DNA from: an uncultured delta proteobacterium
GTDB lineage: Bacteria > Myxococcota_A > Polyangia > Polyangiales > Polyangiaceae
DNA: 64,000 bases
Direction: 5' to 3'
Assembly (NCBI GenBank): GCA_963782055.1
Contig: CAWAIF010000003.1
Span: forward strand, 5,120,001 to 5,184,000
Below the pieces are notes generated by a model. The model searched no databases, was not told the origin of the DNA, and was given only the letters and a program-made list of their open reading frames with translations. Positions 57,911-64,000 of the stretch are shown here, one piece after another. Every line of letters starts with the position of its first letter. Position 1 is the first letter of the stretch. The translations under genes and the position numbers were made by a program.

Positions 57911-58633
57911 ATGCACCGCCCCGGCGTCGTCACGGTCTTCGCGTTCTTGGCGCTCGTCACTGCGGCTTGCTCGGCGAGCGACCCCATCACGGGTCCGGCG
58001 GACGCAGCCCCCGACACCAACGCGACCGACGACTCCGGAGTGGTTGGGGACACGGCCGCGCCCACACCGGACGCGGCCATCGCCGACGCCGCGGTCGACG
58101 CAGCGATCGAGGATGGCGGGGCTGCCGCGGCGACGCCCCCCGCAGGCTACAAGCGTTGCGGGCACGGGACGGCAACGCAGGCGGACGCGGCGGCGGCGTG
58201 TGACTTTCAAGGCGATCCCTTCTTCGAGCAGAACCTGCCGCAACGTTCATGCGACGGCGCGACCATCGCGTCCGCATCGTGGGAGGTCTGGTGCGGGAGC
58301 GGTCCGATCTACGTGTGGGTCCGGCTCGACGGGCTTCGAGCGACCGGCAAGTACAAGGGCTGCTTCGACGCCGAGGAGATCGGTCTGAGCTCCGGCTGGA
58401 TCGAGACGAACACGGCGGCGAGCGGCGCCACGCCCACCCCGTCGAACGGGACGTTCTCGACCACGACCACGCTCGACGCCTCGCTACAGTCGCTGGGAAA
58501 CACGACGAACGAGGCGACCGGAACCGGCAACGTCTTCGTCACGGGGAACTTTCCCGCGCCGTGCAACTCGCCAGCTCCGATGAGGGTGATGAGCGGCGTC
58601 TCGATTTCCTGGGATGCGGTGAACGGCAACTGA
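57911..58633 (+). CDS. Hypothetical lipoprotein
   Basis: Lipobox TAAC, DA-rich linker, Cys/Thr-rich domain. Confidence 0.7.
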   Translation: MHRPGVVTVFAFLALVTAACSASDPITGPADAAPDTNATDDSGVVGDTAAPTPDAAIADAAVDAAIEDGGAAAATPPAGYKRCGHGTATQADAAAACDFQGDPFFEQNLPQRSCDGATIASASWEVWCGSGPIYVWVRLDGLRATGKYKGCFDAEEIGLSSGWIETNTAASGATPTPSNGTFSTTTTLDASLQSLGNTTNEATGTGNVFVTGNFPAPCNSPAPMRVMSGVSISWDAVNGN

Positions 58634-58686
58634 CGGGCCGGGCCAGACCGCCCAACGCGCTTTGAATGACTTGCGCGCCGGGCAGG

Positions 58687-59005
58687 TCATCGCTGCATCG
58701 CTGAGCCCTGCGGCGCCTTCTTCGCGTACGCGCGGCGCGGTTCCGCCATGGCCTCGCGGTGCTGCGTCGACCAGTCGAGGAGACCGCGGAGCGGCTTGAC
58801 GAGCGTGCGGCCCATGGGCGTCAGCTCGTAGTCGACGCGCGGCGGGACGGTCGGGAAGATCGTGCGCTTCACGAGGCCGTTCTGTTCCAGGCGCTCAGGC
58901 TCAAGGTGAGCATGCGCTGCGAGATGCCGTCGACCGCGCGCTGGAGCTCGTTGTAGCGGAGCGAGGGGCGCCGCCTCAGCGCGCCGAGGCAGGATCGTCC
59001 ACTCG
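58687..59005 (-). pseudogene. Degenerate 5'-truncated duplicate of the hxlR-family gene
   Basis: Near-identical to 63345-63645 but with small deletions (~58894, ~58989) and no start. Confidence 0.85.
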
Positions 59006-59037
59006 ACTCGACGCGGCCCTGGTGATACCGTTACCAA

Positions 59038-59544
59038 ATGCTGATCGGAGGTGGCTTTTGGCGAGCAAGTGTGCTGGTCGCCGTCGTCGCGCCTCTGGGC
59101 GGGTGCCACGGCTTCGACCCGGTTGGGAGCTATCACGGAGACGCCACCCGCTCGGGCGAGGTGACCCGCATGAGCTCCGATCTCGGAGCGGACGGCAGCG
59201 CCAAGGGCCACAGCGACCGCTTCCTGACGAAGGTCGGCACGACCGTCACGGTGACGCGCGTGGATGACAGCCATCTCAACGTCGATATCGGCGATTCCTG
59301 CCGCCTGCGCGTTGCGCGGTCGCCCACGCCGAAAGATCACTACAGCATCGTCGACGACCCCCAGAGCTGCCAGATCGCGGTGAAGGACTTCTCCGGCTCG
59401 GTCGTGTTCGTGGGCACGGTGCAGTTCGATCGCAAGCCGCCCGGCGTGCACATCGATTTCGACGGGGACGCCCGAATCGGTGACCCCAACCGTGCCGGCT
59501 TCACCACGCTGCAGTACGGATACGTGTTCGACGGCCATCGCTGA
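59038..59544 (+). CDS. Hypothetical lipoprotein
   Basis: Lipobox LGGC; beta-rich domain. Confidence 0.65.
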   Translation: MLIGGGFWRASVLVAVVAPLGGCHGFDPVGSYHGDATRSGEVTRMSSDLGADGSAKGHSDRFLTKVGTTVTVTRVDDSHLNVDIGDSCRLRVARSPTPKDHYSIVDDPQSCQIAVKDFSGSVVFVGTVQFDRKPPGVHIDFDGDARIGDPNRAGFTTLQYGYVFDGHR

Positions 59545-59719
59545 ACGTCGACGCCGAGGCTCCGGCGAAGACGCCGCGAGCGCGCTGACCCTGGCGCCGT
59601 CGGTCGGCGCGCCTGCGCTGCCGAGCGGCGCGCTCGTGATCCAAGCGACTGACGCAGGCTTTTTCCCGACGGTCGCGCTAACACTTCCTATGCGCTCGAG
59701 ATGTGAGTAGGTAGACGGA

Positions 59720-60766
59720 ATGTCGGCAAGGTCGGTGGTGGCGGTGGCGGTGCTCGGGGCGACGGCGGCGGGGCTCGGCCTCGGGGCCTGCGACGGGGAC
59801 GCGACGTCCCCGGGCGACGGCGGGCCCGACGTGATTGCCTTGGACGCCGCCGGTCCCGAGGCCGGCGTGGACGCGGCCCCCGACGCCCCGACCGACGCCG
59901 CCACCGGGTGCGACACGAGCGCCGCGTTCGGCGCGCCCGTGCTCGTGACCGAGCTCGACGGCCCCGCGGACGACATCGGCGCGCGCCTCTCGGCCGACGG
60001 GCTCACGGTGTACTTCACGAGCAACCGGGCGCTTGGCGACGCGGCCACGCAGGGGCCTCCTGTCACCTTCGGCACCTCGGTCACCATCTACCGCGCGACG
60101 CGGACCGCGGTCGATCAACCCTTCGGCGCGCCGGCGCTCGCCACCGACCTCGACGTGGGCGACAGCACCGGCTTCGCGTCGCTCACGACCGACGGCCTGA
60201 CGGCGTACTTCGCCGCGCAGTGGGACGGCGGCGCGGCCCGGCTGCTCTCGGCGACGCGCGCGACGACGACCGACCCGTTCGGCGGCGCCACCGCCATCCC
60301 CGGCATCGCGGGGAACCTCTCCGACAATCAGCCGTACGTGCTCGGCGACGGCTCGGCGCTCTACTTCGTTTCGGCCCGCACGATCGACGCCGGCTTCAGC
60401 GGCATCCACCTCTTCCGCTCGGGCATCGACGCCGGCGCCGTGGGCGCGCCCGAGCTCGTCCTCGCGAGAACGAACGACGCCGGCCTCGCGATAGTCGTCT
60501 TCTCGCCCGTGGTCAGCGCCGACGAGCTCACCCTCTACTTCGGGTCGCCGGGACCCGGCTTTGGGAGCCACGATGTCTGGCGCGCGACGCGCGCGAGCAC
60601 GTCCGACCCGTTCTCGAACCCCGCGCCCGTCGCCGAGCTGGACTCGACGTCCGACGACATGCCGTCCTACCTCACGCCCGACGGGTGCGCGATCTACCTC
60701 TTCAGCGATCGCCCCGGCGGCGCCGGGCAGTGGGACATCTACCGGGCGAGCAAACCGGCGAAGTGA
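59720..60766 (+). CDS. Lipoprotein with WD40-like (PD40/TolB-type) repeats
   Basis: Lipobox LGAC; repeated LSADGLTVYFTS / LTTDGLTAYF / VSADELTLYFGS / LTPDGCAIYLFSDR. Confidence 0.85.
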   Translation: MSARSVVAVAVLGATAAGLGLGACDGDATSPGDGGPDVIALDAAGPEAGVDAAPDAPTDAATGCDTSAAFGAPVLVTELDGPADDIGARLSADGLTVYFTSNRALGDAATQGPPVTFGTSVTIYRATRTAVDQPFGAPALATDLDVGDSTGFASLTTDGLTAYFAAQWDGGAARLLSATRATTTDPFGGATAIPGIAGNLSDNQPYVLGDGSALYFVSARTIDAGFSGIHLFRSGIDAGAVGAPELVLARTNDAGLAIVVFSPVVSADELTLYFGSPGPGFGSHDVWRATRASTSDPFSNPAPVAELDSTSDDMPSYLTPDGCAIYLFSDRPGGAGQWDIYRASKPAK

Positions 60767-60794
60767 CGGCTCGCCGCGTCCCGGTCCCCACTCC

Positions 60795-61907
60795 TCACGC
60801 GCCGCGCTTGAGGACCGACACCGCGTCCACGAGCGCGTCCTGCTCCTCGGCGGCGACTGCGTCGAGGACCGCGCGCAGCTCCGGGTCGGCGACGGCGCCG
60901 GCAATCACCCGGAGGCGTGTCCGGGCTTCCGGCGTGCCCACGACGGCGATCGCCGCGGCGGCCCGCCGCTCCGCCGAGGCGGTCGCATCCTCGGCGATGC
61001 GCCAGCGGACCGCCTCCTCCACCGGGGCCGTGCGGTACGACGCCTCCGCCGTCTGGCGGCGTAGCGCGTCGATCCACTTCGCCGGCTCGACGGTCGCGAG
61101 CGGCCCTGGCTCCGCCTCGGTGGCGGCCTGGTCCTTCGAGCGGACCGGCATCCTCTGGAGGGCGCGCCAGAGCGCGCGGCGCCGGCCGCCCGAGGAGCGG
61201 AGTTCGAGGATCTCGTCGCTGCCGAGGACCAGGGTGAGACCCTCCCTGATCTCGGTGATCGCCCTCCGCGGGAGGAACCTGGAGACGGCGCCGTTGCGGA
61301 GCAGCACGCCGTCGTTGCCCACTGTCACCTGCGTGCGCGCGAGGGTGCCCCGCGCGAGGAGGAAGGCGAGCACGAGCGTGGCGACCGCCGAGAGCGGCGC
61401 GGCGACGATGGCCGTCGCCAGGTCGACGCCGAGCCCGACGCCCGCCGCGATCGCCATCGCGGCGCAGACGGAGGCCGTCGCGGCCACCGCCGTGCGCCCG
61501 GGCGAGACGAGCGACCAGCACGCGACGGTGAAGGTCCGGCAGACGGTCAGGGGCCGCCGCGCGGGGACGAGGACCGTCCGGATGCGCGTCGCGGCCTCGA
61601 GCGGGACGTCGAGGGTGAGGGTCTCGCCCGGGAGCGCGATCTGGAGGACGGGCGCGCCTGGGGTGATCGCCACCGCGTCGACGTCCTGGGCGGTGAGCCG
61701 GCGATCGCCGATCAGGACCGCGACGTCGGTCGTCTGGACGGTGAGCGTCCGTGCGCCTGGGGAGAAGAGCCAGTAGACGAGCGCATCCAGGAGCAGGAAC
61801 GGCAGCAGCAGCAGGTCCCCGTACGGCACCAAGAAGAAGACGAGCAAGCTGACGGCGAGCAACGCGAGGCCGATCGGGACGCGCGTCCGCCAGACCGCGG
61901 AGCTCAT
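60795..61907 (-). CDS. Hypothetical membrane protein
   Basis: Two TM hairpins, PH-like segments (VTVGNDGVLL), helical C-terminus with SYR motif. Confidence 0.65.
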   Translation of the reverse strand: MSSAVWRTRVPIGLALLAVSLLVFFLVPYGDLLLLPFLLLDALVYWLFSPGARTLTVQTTDVAVLIGDRRLTAQDVDAVAITPGAPVLQIALPGETLTLDVPLEAATRIRTVLVPARRPLTVCRTFTVACWSLVSPGRTAVAATASVCAAMAIAAGVGLGVDLATAIVAAPLSAVATLVLAFLLARGTLARTQVTVGNDGVLLRNGAVSRFLPRRAITEIREGLTLVLGSDEILELRSSGGRRRALWRALQRMPVRSKDQAATEAEPGPLATVEPAKWIDALRRQTAEASYRTAPVEEAVRWRIAEDATASAERRAAAAIAVVGTPEARTRLRVIAGAVADPELRAVLDAVAAEEQDALVDAVSVLKRGA

Positions 61908-62204
61908 CACGGTCACGTCCTGCCGGAACTGCTTCGTCGCCCCCGCCACCGACACCAGATTACGCCACGGGCCCTCACGGTGCCCGGGCGATGGGCATGG
62001 GCGCGAGCGGCCCGGCGCGAACGACGCGGCGCCACGCTCCGCTCATCGGACGTGAACCGAGCGTCACGCTTGCTCGAGGCGGCGGCGCAGGCGGGACAAA
62101 CCATCGAAGCTTCCAGATGAGGCACCGGGCGAACCGGCGCCGTCGGGCTGCGCCCACGAAGAAGCGCATTGCGCTCCATCGCGGGCTGTGCGTTCCTGCG
62201 CGGC

Positions 62205-62921
62205 ATGAGAAAGCTGGTGATGCTGTTGGCGTGCCTCGCCGTTCTTGGCGCCTGCAAGAAGGCGAAGGAGGGCGGCAAGTGCGACGCGAAGGGGCAGATG
62301 CCGGGGCACGGTCCCGGTGAGTGCATCGACAAGGGCAACGCGCTGGTGTGCGTGGCCGGCACGTTCCAGAAAGTGAAGTGCCAGTCGTCCCCGATCGGTT
62401 GCCAGAAGATCGCCGGCTCCGTGAGCTGCAACGTGATCACCGACGACGGCGAGCCCTGCAACGGCGACAAGAAGGTCGCATGCTCCACGGACGGCAAGAA
62501 GATGCTCGACTGCGCGGACGGCAAGTGGAAGTTGCGCATGTCGTGTAGCCGGCTCTGCGTGGACAACGTGCAGGGCGTGCGCTGCGAGAGCGCGGAGGGC
62601 AGCGAGGGCGATCCGTGCACCGCGAAGCAGAAGGATCAGGGCGTGTGCTCCAAGGACAAGAGCAAGCTCCTGGTGTGCGACGGCTCGAAGATGGTCGTCA
62701 CCAGCACCTGCCGCGGCCAGAACCACTGCCGCGCCGTCGGCTCGAAGCTCGATTGCGACACCTCGATGGCGGAGGTGGACGACCCGTGCGAAGACAAGGA
62801 CACCCTCTCCTGCGACACGGCGAGGAAGACGCTGCTCGAGTGCGACGGCAAGAAGTTCGTGAAGAAGCAGGCGTGCAAGAAGCGCTGCGACAACGCCTTC
62901 GGCAAGTACTCGTGTAACTGA
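62205..62921 (+). CDS. Cys-rich repeat lipoprotein
   Basis: Lipobox LGAC; four repeats of G.PC...CS.D.K.LL.C.G.K. Confidence 0.85.
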   Translation: MRKLVMLLACLAVLGACKKAKEGGKCDAKGQMPGHGPGECIDKGNALVCVAGTFQKVKCQSSPIGCQKIAGSVSCNVITDDGEPCNGDKKVACSTDGKKMLDCADGKWKLRMSCSRLCVDNVQGVRCESAEGSEGDPCTAKQKDQGVCSKDKSKLLVCDGSKMVVTSTCRGQNHCRAVGSKLDCDTSMAEVDDPCEDKDTLSCDTARKTLLECDGKKFVKKQACKKRCDNAFGKYSCN

Positions 62922-63344
62922 CTCTTCTCTCCCATGACCGTGCGAGACCCGCGACCAAGGTCGTTGGACCGGAAGAGCTAGTCTCGCTCTTCCGGCTCGG
63001 CGGCTTCGTCCAGCCATTCGAGCATTCGAGCAGCGCGGCGGCTGGGTTCAGTCGCTTGGCCCCCTACCGCCCGGAACGTGCGCGGAACGTGCGCGCCATG
63101 AGCTCGGCCCACGGCCAGTAGCGACACCCTCGGCCGAAGATCATCCCCAAGCCCGCAGCGACGGCCGCAGCACGGCGAGGCTCTTGCCCGTCTGGTGCAC
63201 GCGTCGCAACGAAACCCGGTGCCCACGGGCGCGCCGAGCGCCTGAAGCGACGACGTATCCCCTGAGAGGGAGGATCAGCAGGTCAGGGGCGCGTCCGCCC
63301 AACACGCCTTGAATGACCTGCGACCTGAATCGCCGAGTCGACGT

Positions 63345-63734
63345 TCAGAGCGGCTTCTTCGCGTACGCGCGGCGCGCTTCCGCCATGGCCTCGCGGTGCT
63401 GCGTCGACCAGTCGAGGAGACCGCGGAGGGGCTTGACGAGCGTGCGGCCCATGGGCGTCAGCTCGTAGTCGACGCGCGGCGGGACGGTCGGGAAGACCGT
63501 GCGCTTCACGAGGCCGTTCTGTTCCAGGCGCTTCAGGCTCAGGGTGAGCATGCGCTGCGAGATGCCGTCGACCGCACGCTGGAGCTCGTTGTAGCGGACC
63601 GAGGGGCGCCGCCTCAGCGCGCCGAGGACCAGGATCGTCCACTTGTCTCGGAGGAGCGCGATCGCTTCGCTCGCCGCGACGCACTGGGTTTGCGCAGGCT
63701 CGTCCATGCGAACGAATTTGTTCGTGGCGCTCAC
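63345..63734 (-). CDS. HxlR-family winged-helix transcriptional regulator
   Basis: C...LLRDKWTILVL, RYNELQR, GISQRMLTLSL, VPPRVDYELTPMG. Confidence 0.92.
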   Translation of the reverse strand: MSATNKFVRMDEPAQTQCVAASEAIALLRDKWTILVLGALRRRPSVRYNELQRAVDGISQRMLTLSLKRLEQNGLVKRTVFPTVPPRVDYELTPMGRTLVKPLRGLLDWSTQHREAMAEARRAYAKKPL

Positions 63735-63782
63735 GAATGTGCCTCCTTGTGCTCGTTCGCGCGCACGGGAACCATGGCGCCC

Positions 63783-64000
63783 ATGACGGACCAGTTGCGG
63801 ATCGGGGTCGTTCTCGGCAGCACGCGTACCGGGCGCTTCTCGGACAGGCCGGCGGAGTGGCTACGCTCGCTCGCCGCGAAGCGGGAAGGCTTGGCGGTCG
63901 AGCTCGTCGACCTGCGCGACTTTCCGCTGCCGTTCTTCGACGAGCCGAAGTCGCCGTTTCGTGCGCCGTCGAAGAACGAGGTGGCGGTGCGCTGGGGGCG
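63783..64000 (+). CDS. NADPH-dependent FMN reductase (3' partial)
   Basis: Own translation MTDQLRIGVVLGSTRTGRFSDRPAEW...VDLRDFPLPFFDE; divergent from hxlR. Confidence 0.88.
   Translation, partial: MTDQLRIGVVLGSTRTGRFSDRPAEWLRSLAAKREGLAVELVDLRDFPLPFFDEPKSPFRAPSKNEVAVRWG

Noticed and set aside
58650..58656. GCCCAAC (also at 63297) resembling an integron attC R'' site
   Set aside because: No matching GTTRRRY or attC hairpin downstream and no integrase; explained by the hxlR duplication
62978..63226. 82-aa minus-strand ORF
   Set aside because: No recognisable motif or RBS; possibly a remnant but unsupported

Overview
Very GC-rich bacterial DNA with a myxobacterial signature, most likely Myxococcota/Polyangiales (MYXO-CTERM protein, ElbD-like lipid megaenzyme, AgmX/PglI-like domain, many Cys-rich lipoproteins with DAG/DGG linkers). 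About 50 CDS are supported; I found no rRNA, tRNA or CRISPR array. 0-17 kb: secreted proteins, an ECF sigma/anti-sigma pair, a Ser/Thr kinase and a tandem triplet of DUF4139 genes whose copies differ most sharply in an equal-length 22-aa loop. 17-38 kb: accessory block with a SMI1/KNR4 gene split by two complete IS elements (IS4 and IS21, both with target-site duplications), DUF1254 and DUF3300-DUF2950 genes sharing a duplicated ~100-bp sigma54 promoter, an ATP-grasp/amino-acid dehydrogenase pair, and a CzcCBA-type efflux operon preceded by a His/Cys leader ORF. 38-52 kb: ElbD-like FAR-ACS-ACP-acyltransferase-SCP2 gene plus LarA-like and HAD genes, separated by unrelated genes including an orphan, signal-peptide-bearing double tail-tube-like protein. 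52-64 kb: patchwork of small lipoprotein/immunity-like genes, a complete IS1380 and a decayed hxlR duplicate. Two single-base frameshifts both fall in GATC sites and may be sequencing artefacts. All family calls come from motif recognition by eye, not database searches.
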